The position numbers were made by a program, and so were the translations under genes. DNA of 64,000 bases from Chitinophagaceae bacterium (GTDB lineage: Bacteria; Bacteroidota; Bacteroidia; Chitinophagales; Chitinophagaceae). The stretch lies in assembly GCA_019695015.1 (NCBI GenBank), contig JAIBAV010000067.1, positions 3,396 through 67,395 on the forward strand. The letters run 5' to 3'. The notes beneath the pieces were generated by a model, which saw only the letters and a list, made by a program, of their open reading frames with translations, searched no databases and had not been told where the DNA came from. Shown piece after piece: positions 28,749 through 36,476 of this stretch; within the stretch, counting starts at the first letter, position 1, and every line of letters begins with the position of its first letter.

Positions 28749-29201
28749 TTATTCTTTATTTTTGGTATCTATAATAATCGTTACTGGTCCATCATTCAGC
28801 AAGCTTACTTTCATATCTGCACCAAAAATTCCTGTTTCAATTTTTTTATTACAGTCTTGCTCTAATTGTATCTTCATTTTTTCATAAATGGGAATTGCAG
28901 TGTTTGGTTTACTTGCTTTAATATAAGATGGCCTATTACCTTTTTTGGTAGATGCATGTAAGGTAAACTGGCTTACTAATAAAATATCTCCATGCAACTC
29001 CAAAACACTTTTGTTCATTACTCCATCCTCATCATTAAAAATTCTAAGATTAACTATTTTGTTGCTTAGCCAAATAATATCTTCATTTGTATCAGAGTCT
29101 TCTATTCCTAATAAAACTAATAAACCAGTATTAATTTTTGCAACAACTACATTATTTACTGTAACACTTGCATTAGTTACTCTTTGTATGACCACTTTCA
29201 T
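28749..29201 (-). CDS. dtd: D-aminoacyl-tRNA deacylase
   Basis: 150 aa. Motifs MKVVIQRV, SQFTL and NDGPVT. Confidence 0.92.
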   Translation of the reverse strand: MKVVIQRVTNASVTVNNVVVAKINTGLLVLLGIEDSDTNEDIIWLSNKIVNLRIFNDEDGVMNKSVLELHGDILLVSQFTLHASTKKGNRPSYIKASKPNTAIPIYEKMKIQLEQDCNKKIETGIFGADMKVSLLNDGPVTIIIDTKNKE

Positions 29202-29235
29202 AAAATAAAATATAAAATGATTGTACTTTTATGAA

Positions 29236-29643
29236 ATGAAGATAGATATAAGCAAGGAAATTATTTTTAAAACAGCTAGAAGTGGTGGCAAAGGAGGACA
29301 AAATGTAAATAAAGTTGAAACCATGGTAGAGGCAAGATGGGATATTAATGCTACAACATTAGTAACAGAAGAAGAAAAGGAATTATTGAAGGAAGTTTTA
29401 AAAAACAAAATTTCTATCAATGGCTTTTTAATTCTAAAATCTCAACAAAGCAGAACACAATTAGGTAATAAAGAAATTGTGGTTAATAAAATGAATAATT
29501 TAATTAATGTTGCCATACAAAAAAAGAAAAGTAGAATTGCTACCAAAACCCCTAATGCTGTTATAGAACAGAGGAAGGAAAATAAAATAATAAAGTCTAA
29601 ACAAAAACAAAACAGAAAAAGAATAAACCTTGATGAATTATGA
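29236..29643 (+). CDS. arfB: alternative ribosome-rescue factor ArfB (GGQ peptidyl-tRNA hydrolase)
   Basis: 135 aa from the first ATG. Motif SGGKGGQNVNKVET plus a basic C-terminal tail. Confidence 0.85.
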   Translation: MKIDISKEIIFKTARSGGKGGQNVNKVETMVEARWDINATTLVTEEEKELLKEVLKNKISINGFLILKSQQSRTQLGNKEIVVNKMNNLINVAIQKKKSRIATKTPNAVIEQRKENKIIKSKQKQNRKRINLDEL

Positions 29644-30353
29644 TAATTAAAAATTTAACCACTACTCTTTTTTGTACTTTATTAATTACAATTGCCGTAG
29701 CACAAGAAACAACAACCATACAATTAAAGCATAAAGTAGGAGATGAGTTGTTGCAACTTGGTACTACATCTTACACAAATCAATGGAATGAACAGTTTAC
29801 AGTAAATAAGTTTAAATACTACATTACTGCCTTAGAAGTTGAATTTACAAATGGTAACAAAAATTATAGTTGGCATAAGAAATATCATTTGGTAGATGAG
29901 GCCAATGCTGCATCAAAAACAATTGTATTAGATAAAAAGCTCAACAATATTAAAGCAATTCATTTTTTGTTAGGGGTAGATAGTATTGTAAATACGAATG
30001 GCATTCATACTGGCGATTTAGACCCTATGAAAACAATGTTTTGGACATGGAATACTGGCTATATATATGCAAAACTAGAAGGGCAAAGTAGTTCCTCTAA
30101 AGCACAAGCACATAGCTTTAGTTATCATATTGGTGGTTACAAAGCAAATGAAAATGCAGTTAAAAAAATATCACTTTTAATTAAGGATAATGCTACAACT
30201 GATAACGAAATAATTATAGAAGCTAATATTTTGGCTTGGTTTAATGGGGCCAAAAAATTAAAAATTGCCGAAGAACCAATTTGTCATCAACCAGGTAAAT
30301 TAGCAATGGATATTGCAAATAATTATGAAAAAATGTTTTCAGTAAAATTGTAA
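29640..30353 (+). CDS. mbnP: MbnP-family protein (putative copper-binding periplasmic protein)
   Basis: 237 aa with a signal peptide. Family-like pattern FKYYITALEV...YHLVDE...FLLGVD...LDPMKTMFWTWNTGYIYAKLEG. Immediately followed by a di-haem peroxidase gene, which is the canonical MbnP/MbnH pairing. Confidence 0.6.
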   Translation: MIIKNLTTTLFCTLLITIAVAQETTTIQLKHKVGDELLQLGTTSYTNQWNEQFTVNKFKYYITALEVEFTNGNKNYSWHKKYHLVDEANAASKTIVLDKKLNNIKAIHFLLGVDSIVNTNGIHTGDLDPMKTMFWTWNTGYIYAKLEGQSSSSKAQAHSFSYHIGGYKANENAVKKISLLIKDNATTDNEIIIEANILAWFNGAKKLKIAEEPICHQPGKLAMDIANNYEKMFSVKL

Positions 30354-30358
30354 CTCAA

Positions 30359-31417
30359 ATGAAAACTTTTAAAGTAATAACCATACTTATTTGTTTAGTA
30401 GTTGTAGGAGTTGGTTTTATTGAAATTAAAAAACATAAACCTACACCTTTAATATTTATTGTTCCCAAAGGTTGGCCAAAACCAATTTATAATTTTAAGA
30501 ACAACCCATTAACTGTAGAAGGTTTTGAATTAGGTAAAAAGCTTTTTTACGATGAAAGATTAAGCAAAGACAGCACAATTAGTTGTGCAAGTTGCCACCA
30601 GCAATTTAGTGCTTTTGCCACTTTTGATCATAATTTTAGCCATGGGTATAACAACACTTTTACAACACGTAATGCACCAGCATTACAAAATTTAGCTTGG
30701 CAAAAAGAGTTGATGTGGGATGGTGGAATAAATCATTTAGATGTACAGCCTATAACACCCATTGTAGCAGAAAATGAAATGGCAGAAACCTTAGAAAATG
30801 TAATTTATAAATTAAAAAAAGATACCAGCTACAAACGAATGTTTAAAAATGCTTTTGGTAGCAATGAAATTACAACAGAAAGAATGACCAAAGCTTTAAG
30901 CCAATTTATGGTTATGCTAGTTAGTAGTAATAGTAAATATGATAAAGTAAAAAGAGGAGAAGATACTTTTAACCTTCCTGAAAAATTAGGCTACGAAATA
31001 TTTAAACAAAAATGTGCTAGCTGCCATACCGAACCATTTTTTACAGATTTAAGTTATAGAAACACTGGAATGCCTTTAGATGCTACAATTAACGATATAG
31101 GAAGAATGAGAATAACCAATAATAAAAACGATTCTTTAAAATTTAAAGTACCCTCTTTACGCAATGTAGATTTAACTTTTCCGTATGGGCATGATGGTAG
31201 GTTTTTTACATTAAGCAATGTGTTTGAGCATTACAAAAGTAATATGCAGCCTATACATAATACAGATATACTTCTAAAAAATAAATTGTATTTATCTAAT
31301 TTTCAAATTGGGCAGCTAACTGCATTTTTATTTTCTTTAACCGATAGCAGTTTTACAAAAAATCCTCTGTTTGCAGCCCCTGCTTATACTAAGCCAATAA
31401 TTTTACATCAACACTAA
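30359..31417 (+). CDS. mbnH: di-haem cytochrome c peroxidase family protein (MbnH/MauG-like)
   Basis: 352 aa with an N-terminal TM or signal. Two CxxCH haem sites (CASCHQQ and CASCHTE) with CCP-family spacing. Confidence 0.75.
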   Translation: MKTFKVITILICLVVVGVGFIEIKKHKPTPLIFIVPKGWPKPIYNFKNNPLTVEGFELGKKLFYDERLSKDSTISCASCHQQFSAFATFDHNFSHGYNNTFTTRNAPALQNLAWQKELMWDGGINHLDVQPITPIVAENEMAETLENVIYKLKKDTSYKRMFKNAFGSNEITTERMTKALSQFMVMLVSSNSKYDKVKRGEDTFNLPEKLGYEIFKQKCASCHTEPFFTDLSYRNTGMPLDATINDIGRMRITNNKNDSLKFKVPSLRNVDLTFPYGHDGRFFTLSNVFEHYKSNMQPIHNTDILLKNKLYLSNFQIGQLTAFLFSLTDSSFTKNPLFAAPAYTKPIILHQH

Positions 31418-31554
31418 AGACTAAGTAATTATAGGTAATAATATTTTAAGAATTTTTTATGAGGTAACTTTTTACACCATAATTAACTACAAAATGAAAA
31501 TTCTTTTTATTATTAAACCTGCATTACTCTCTTTGCTAATTTGTTTATTTTGTA

Positions 31555-31600
31555 TATAAAAATGCCCCCAATTAGTGTCTAACTTTTTGGGGGCAGTGCA
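31555..31600. terminator. terminator hairpin between mbnH and tsf (convergent)
   Basis: GCCCCCA (31564-31570) pairs with TGGGGGC (31588-31594). The T-run lies on the minus-strand side, so it mainly serves tsf. Confidence 0.65.
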
Positions 31601-31637
31601 AAAAAGTGGCTTTTTATTTTATAGAATTTGAAAAAAA

Positions 31638-32480
31638 TTAACCTAAAGCTACTCTCTTAAAGCTAATTACTTGTAAATCTTTCTGTACAGATGTTAAGTA
31701 TTCAGCAACTGTTTTGCTGCCATCTTTTACAAAAGCCTGAGCTAATAAAGTTTGTTCTTTAAAGAAAGCATTTAGTTTGCCTTCTGCAATTTTAGCAATC
31801 ATATCATCAGGTTTACCTGCCATTTTAGGATCTTGCTTCATGGTTTCGATAATAATATTTCTTTCTCTTTCAATAACATCAGCAGATACGCTGTTAGCAT
31901 CTACAGCTACAGGGTTTAAAGCTGCAATTTGCATAGCAACATCTTTACCTGCTTCTGCTTCTGCAGCACTTAAAGCTACCAACACTCCTAAACGATAAGC
32001 ACCATGTATATAAGATGCAACATAAGGAGCTTCTACTTTTTCAAATTTTACAATTCCTATTTTTTCGCCAATAGCTGCAAGTTTGTCATTAATTAAATCG
32101 CTAACTTTAGCTCCATTAATGCTAACATTATTTAACTCTTCAATTGAATTTACATTGTTGGCTACTGCTGCATCTGCAATGCTTTGAGCAAAAGCCACAA
32201 AGTCGGCATTTTTAGAAACGAAGTCTGTTTCGCAGCTAATACAAACAACAAAACCTGTTTTATTATCAGCTGTTGTTTGTGCAATTACTACACCTTCTTT
32301 TGCTTCTCTATCGCTACGTTTTGCAGCAATTTTTTGTCCTTGCTTACGCAACCAGTCAATAGCAGCTTCAAAATCGCCGCCTGTTTCTGTTAATGCTTTT
32401 CTGCAATCCATCATGCCAGCACCTGTTGCCTGACGTAATTTGTTAATATCTGCAGCAGTTATAGCTGTTGTTGTACTCAT
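31638..32480 (-). CDS. tsf: translation elongation factor Ts
   Basis: 280 aa with the N-terminal UBA-like motif LRQATGAGMMDCRKAL. Confidence 0.93.
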   Translation of the reverse strand: MSTTTAITAADINKLRQATGAGMMDCRKALTETGGDFEAAIDWLRKQGQKIAAKRSDREAKEGVVIAQTTADNKTGFVVCISCETDFVSKNADFVAFAQSIADAAVANNVNSIEELNNVSINGAKVSDLINDKLAAIGEKIGIVKFEKVEAPYVASYIHGAYRLGVLVALSAAEAEAGKDVAMQIAALNPVAVDANSVSADVIERERNIIIETMKQDPKMAGKPDDMIAKIAEGKLNAFFKEQTLLAQAFVKDGSKTVAEYLTSVQKDLQVISFKRVALG

Positions 32481-32652
32481 GGTATTTTAAGTTTAATATT
32501 TTTTATAAGGTTATGTTTAAGATATTTATTATTGAAAATATGTTTAGTATAATAAATAATATTTTGAATGAAAAATTAATAAATAGATAAAAAGCAAATT
32601 GGCTGACTATACAAATAATCAACCAATTAATTGCTATTATTTAACTGATAAA

Positions 32653-33549
32653 TTATTTACCTGCTGGTCTGCGAGTATTAGGCACTCTACGTTTAGGAGC
32701 ATTATTAGCATTAGTAGCACCATCACCAGTTGTTCTACCACCTCTGCCACGTCCACGACCTCCTTCAGCTTGTGCTTCTTGTTCTAGTCTTTTTGCCTTA
32801 GCTTCATTTTCGTTATTGTCGTCGTTTTGGTTTGCTTCTTCTTCTTCTTTATTTGCCATACGTTCAGCCAAGCCTTCTGCAATTGCTGCAGTAATATAAT
32901 TGGTAATAATGGCAATAGATTTTGTAGCATCATCATTTGCAGGAATTGCAAAATCTACTTTATTAGGGTCGCAATTAGTATCCACAACTCCAAAAGTAGA
33001 AATACCTAAACGCTTAGCTTCTGCTAATGCAATATGCTCTACACCAATATCAACAATAAATAAAGCTGATGGTAAACGACCTAATTGAGCAATACCACCC
33101 AATACTTTTTCCATTTTTTCTTTATCACGGCTAAGAGTTAAACGTTCTTTTTTAGTTAGGCTTTCTGCACTACCATCGTTTAACATTTTATCAATGCTCT
33201 GCATTTTTTTAACACTTTTGCGTACAGTATTAAAATTGGTAAGCATACCACCTAACCAACGTTCTGTTGCATAAGGCATATTTACACGTTTAGCACATTC
33301 GCTAACTATTTCTTTTGCTTGTTTTTTTGTTGCAACAAACATAATTTTTTTACCGCTTTTTGCAATTTGCTTTAAAGCAGCAGCTGTTTCTTGTAAGTGA
33401 ACAACAGTTTTATTTAAATCAATAATATGAATACCTTTTTTTTCAGCAAAAATGTAAGGTAACATTTTAGGATTCCACTTCTTTTTTAAATGTCCAAAGT
33501 GTACACCTGCTTCTAATAGCTGTTGTTGAAGTGAAGTGTTATTTTCCAT
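32653..33549 (-). CDS. rpsB: 30S ribosomal protein S2
   Basis: 298 aa. Motifs LLEAGVHFGH and GGMLTNF. Carries an acidic then RGG/basic C-terminal extension of about 60 aa. Confidence 0.93.
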   Translation of the reverse strand: MENNTSLQQQLLEAGVHFGHLKKKWNPKMLPYIFAEKKGIHIIDLNKTVVHLQETAAALKQIAKSGKKIMFVATKKQAKEIVSECAKRVNMPYATERWLGGMLTNFNTVRKSVKKMQSIDKMLNDGSAESLTKKERLTLSRDKEKMEKVLGGIAQLGRLPSALFIVDIGVEHIALAEAKRLGISTFGVVDTNCDPNKVDFAIPANDDATKSIAIITNYITAAIAEGLAERMANKEEEEANQNDDNNENEAKAKRLEQEAQAEGGRGRGRGGRTTGDGATNANNAPKRRVPNTRRPAGK

Positions 33550-33665
33550 AATTTATGTGGCTTTTATACTCTATTAACCAGAGAAAAAGCTTTATTTTTA
33601 AAGTTGAATAAAATTTATTAAGAACTTTGAATTTACTCAATACTATATAGTGTAATTGAATAAAA

Positions 33666-34055
33666 TTAACGTTTGCTGAACTGATAGCTTTTTCTGGCTT
33701 TTTTATGACCAAATTTCTTACGTTCAACACTACGTGGATCTCTTTTTAAATAACCAGCAGCTTTTAAAGCAGGTCTTAATTCAGCATTTACTTCTATTAA
33801 CGCCCTAGATATTCCTAACTTTATTGCTTCTGCCTGTCCTTTTAAACCACCACCTTGTGCATTAACAACAATATCAAACTTACCTGTTGCTTCTACCGTT
33901 TTTAAAGGAGCTTCTACCTGATTTTGTAAGTAAGCTAAAGGAAAATAAGTTTTATAATCTTTATCATTTACAGTAATTTTTCCATCGCCTTTGCTGATGA
34001 ATACACGTGTTACAGCTTCTTTACGACGACCAACTGCGTTTTTTTGTTTTTCCAT
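33666..34055 (-). CDS. rpsI: 30S ribosomal protein S9
   Basis: 129 aa. Motif GGGLKGQAEAIKLGISRAL and the C-terminal KKARKSYQFSKR. Confidence 0.93.
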   Translation of the reverse strand: MEKQKNAVGRRKEAVTRVFISKGDGKITVNDKDYKTYFPLAYLQNQVEAPLKTVEATGKFDIVVNAQGGGLKGQAEAIKLGISRALIEVNAELRPALKAAGYLKRDPRSVERKKFGHKKARKSYQFSKR

Positions 34056-34099
34056 TTTATAATAGATTGGAATGTTTTAAATTTTGTTTTGTAATTAAG

Positions 34100-34543
34100 T
34101 TAGAATTTTAACTCTTTTGGTTGTTGTGCTGTATGAGGATGAGACGAACCAGTATATACAAATAATTTTTTGTACATTTTACGTCCTAATCTGTTTTTAG
34201 GCAACATACCTTTTACTGCTCTTTCAATAATTACTTCCGGACGGCGTTTAATTAAATCTTTAGCAACTTCTTCTTTACGTCCACCAGGATAACCAGAAAA
34301 AGTGTCGTAAATTTTTTCTCCTAATTTATTACCTGTAAATTTTACTTTATCACAGTTAGTAACAATGATATAGTCTCCACAATCTACGTGTGGTGTGTAG
34401 TAAGGTTTGTTTTTACCTCTTAGTATTGCTGCAATTTTGCTGCACATACGTCCTACGGTTTGATTAGTACCGTCCACAACATACCAATTATGTGTTACGG
34501 TAGCCGCATTTGCATGCTTTGTAGTGAAATGTAATTTGCTCAT
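34100..34543 (-). CDS. rplM: 50S ribosomal protein L13
   Basis: 147 aa. Motif WYVVDGTNQTVGRMCSKIA...GDYIIVTN. Confidence 0.93.
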   Translation of the reverse strand: MSKLHFTTKHANAATVTHNWYVVDGTNQTVGRMCSKIAAILRGKNKPYYTPHVDCGDYIIVTNCDKVKFTGNKLGEKIYDTFSGYPGGRKEEVAKDLIKRRPEVIIERAVKGMLPKNRLGRKMYKKLFVYTGSSHPHTAQQPKELKF

Positions 34544-34611
34544 TTTATTTTTTGTTTTAATTAAATCAATGCTATCCCATTGATTTTAAATAGCCCTTTT
34601 TAAAAGGATTG

Positions 34612-34619
34612 CAAAATTA
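34612..34619 (-). promoter_or_regulatory. -7 promoter box (TAatTTTG on the minus strand) for the rplM operon
   Basis: The plus strand reads CAAAATTA. It lies about 68 nt upstream of the rplM ATG. Confidence 0.4.
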
Positions 34620-35080
34620 GGTGTGTTATCTTTTATTTTCAAAATTTTGTAGAAATATTTTTTACCGCAATTTTGTAACTAATTGATTTTTAGTAAAAAA
34701 ATTGACAAAATATTTTTATACATAGCTGAAATGCTTGAAAATATTGATGTTTTTACTAAACTTATTCTTAAAAAGAAGCTATTATAGTGCATTACACAAT
34801 TTATTCTACAAAAAATATCTTTATTAAATCCGCATGAAACAACAAACTAATTTTCATACTTTATAGAATATATGATACAATTAAATATTTGGGTAATGGT
34901 AAAGCATTGGCGATGTTGCGTTATTCTGTGTTACGTCTGCAAGGTGCCGCTGCTGAATAAAAATACAAAAGCTCATTGTTTATTCTGTTGCTCGGCGTTA
35001 TTCGTCAGACGAAACTGAAGCTGATTAGCGATATACAGCCGATTGTTCTTCTGTCGCCCCGCCATATACACCAATGCACC

Positions 35081-35091
35081 TGTTAGCGGTT
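35081..35091. repeat. left arm of inverted repeat TGTTAGCGGTT
   Basis: Its perfect reverse complement occurs at 36337-36347. It extends to a shared TGCC after a 1-2 nt indel. Confidence 0.7.
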
Positions 35092-35119
35092 TGTGCCTTA
35101 CGATTTCAGTTTGAAATAT

Positions 35120-35683
35120 TTACAACAGTGCATGCAAATAATTTGCGGTGTCTTTAAGTCCTGCATTTCTTAAGAGGTTTAGCACTTCAAATTCATCCTG
35201 TTTGGGATTTTTCTTATTCAAAACCATTTCCTTGAAAGCAGCGACAGCTTGTTCTTGATTGAGGTCTATAATATCGGTTAGAAAGTCATCAGCGGTTTTT
35301 GCACTTAGACTAAAAGATTGCAAATACTCTTCTGGAAAGTCTTTAATATTGTTTGTTACAATAAGATTAGCATTTGTCTTTATTGCCGCAGCCAAGACGT
35401 GTCGGTCATCTTTATCTGGCAATTCCAAATGGTCTATTAAGCCTTTGTAATTTTGAACTAAAGCGTCTGGGAAAGCTGAATTTGCTTTGGATATTCTTTT
35501 ATTTGCCTCCTCCTCTGAAACTTCTTTTTCCACCATTACTCTTTTCCACTCATCAAAAATATGTTCGCTCCATTTTGGGGTATAAAGGTCATAATATGCA
35601 AACCAAAATAAAATATCTCTGATAATTACAGGATAGACAACATTTGTATCTAAGACAGCTATAAAGCGAACACTATGAATCAT
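35120..35683 (-). CDS. PIN-domain protein (VapC-like toxin candidate)
   Basis: 187 aa. N-terminal VLDTNVVYP acidic motif, internal DDRHVLAAAI and LIVTNNIKDF, typical of PIN_3-type proteins. Overlaps the upstream HTH gene by 11 nt. Confidence 0.7.
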   Translation of the reverse strand: MIHSVRFIAVLDTNVVYPVIIRDILFWFAYYDLYTPKWSEHIFDEWKRVMVEKEVSEEEANKRISKANSAFPDALVQNYKGLIDHLELPDKDDRHVLAAAIKTNANLIVTNNIKDFPEEYLQSFSLSAKTADDFLTDIIDLNQEQAVAAFKEMVLNKKNPKQDEFEVLNLLRNAGLKDTANYLHALL

Positions 35684-36128
35684 ACAAGCCAGTTTCTTCG
35701 TCTAAATTCATTATATCAATAATGTTTTGCTTCTGTTGCTCTTTCATTTGTTTTCTATACCTCATAATATCATCAAATTTTATTCTTCTATGCTTTCCAA
35801 CTTTGGTAAATGCAATCTTTCCATCTTCAAGTAGCTTTACCAAATGAGGCCTTGAACATCCAAGGATTTCAGCCGCAGCTTGAGTAGTTACTTCAGTAGC
35901 AATAGGCACAAGAGAAATTAATTTACCTTGTCCCATAGCCTTTAAAATATCTCCTAATAGTTTCAAGGCACTTAATGGAATTCTGATTTTTTCGCTTGTT
36001 TCTTCTATTTCAATTTCAGGTTGCTCAGAATTAAGTTGCTCTATCACTGAAGCTAAAGCGTCGTAAGATTCGCTTGCAATCTTTTGATCAAGCTTTGAAG
36101 GTTTTCTTATTTGTTCTAATACTTTCAT
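35673..36128 (-). CDS. excisionase-family helix-turn-helix DNA-binding protein (antitoxin candidate)
   Basis: 151 aa. HTH_17-like TTQAAAEILGCSRPHLVKLLEDGKIAFTKVGKHRRIKFDDIMRY. Upstream of, and overlapping, the PIN gene. Confidence 0.65.
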   Translation of the reverse strand: MKVLEQIRKPSKLDQKIASESYDALASVIEQLNSEQPEIEIEETSEKIRIPLSALKLLGDILKAMGQGKLISLVPIATEVTTQAAAEILGCSRPHLVKLLEDGKIAFTKVGKHRRIKFDDIMRYRKQMKEQQKQNIIDIMNLDEETGLYDS

Positions 36129-36160
36129 GAGTATAAATTTTTGAGTTCTGTCGCAAATTA

Positions 36161-36178
36161 AACGAAATAAACGAAATA
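36161..36178. repeat. tandem 9-mer AACGAAATA x2 upstream of the HTH gene (candidate operator)
   Basis: Read directly, 33-50 nt upstream of the minus-strand ATG at 36128. Confidence 0.35.
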
Positions 36179-36336
36179 GTCAAAATAAAAGAAAATAAAA
36201 TTTTGCAGTTTAACAATCTATCAAGCAAGTAAAAATTATCAATATTGATTATCAGTGAGTTAGTAAAAGTAAAGGTTTGGGATAGACCAGCAGTTTTTGG
36301 CAGTTTCTCAATTAAGTAAACTCTGTCCAGTGGCAT

Positions 36337-36347
36337 AACCGCTAACA
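36337..36347. repeat. right arm of inverted repeat AACCGCTAACA
   Basis: Reverse complement of 35081-35091. Confidence 0.7.
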
Positions 36348-36372
36348 TACTATTTAAGCTCTCTTAACAATG

Positions 36373-36398
36373 AAATGTAATGTTTATTACATTTTTTT
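36373..36398 (+). terminator. AT-rich hairpin plus T-run (terminator-like) at the right edge of the island
   Basis: AAATGTAAT-GTTT-ATTACATTT followed by TTTT. Only one G:C pair, so it is weak. Confidence 0.3.
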
Positions 36399-36476
36399 CT
36401 TCAATAACAATACTCAGTTTTCATTATCGGTTACTTATTAACTACTATTTTTACAAACTTTACAAAAAGAAATCTT

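Larger units (their letters stand above)
34896..36347. other. putative horizontally acquired toxin-antitoxin cassette with a GC-rich flank
   Basis: Patchy elevated G+C (hand counts 37-52% against 22-32% in the flanks). An 11-nt perfect inverted repeat brackets the PIN and HTH genes. No recombinase gene is present. Confidence 0.45.

Noticed and set aside
31494-31559. Small ORF as a methanobactin precursor (MbnA)
   Set aside because: No MbnB/MbnC modification genes or MbnT receptor are in the window, and the peptide looks like a bare hydrophobic helix. It is kept only as a low-interest small-ORF observation.
33539-33730. 63-aa ORF across the rpsI-rpsB spacer
   Set aside because: It overlaps the 3' end of rpsI and the 5' end of rpsB and has no motif. 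The spacer more likely holds rpsB leader or promoter sequence.
35081-36347. Integron gene-cassette (attC) interpretation of the inverted repeat flanking the TA genes
   Set aside because: The arms (GTTAGCG / CGCTAAC) only approximate the GTTRRRY / RYYYAAC cores. They lie about 1.25 kb apart instead of forming a compact 60-140 nt attC. No intI or cassette array is visible.
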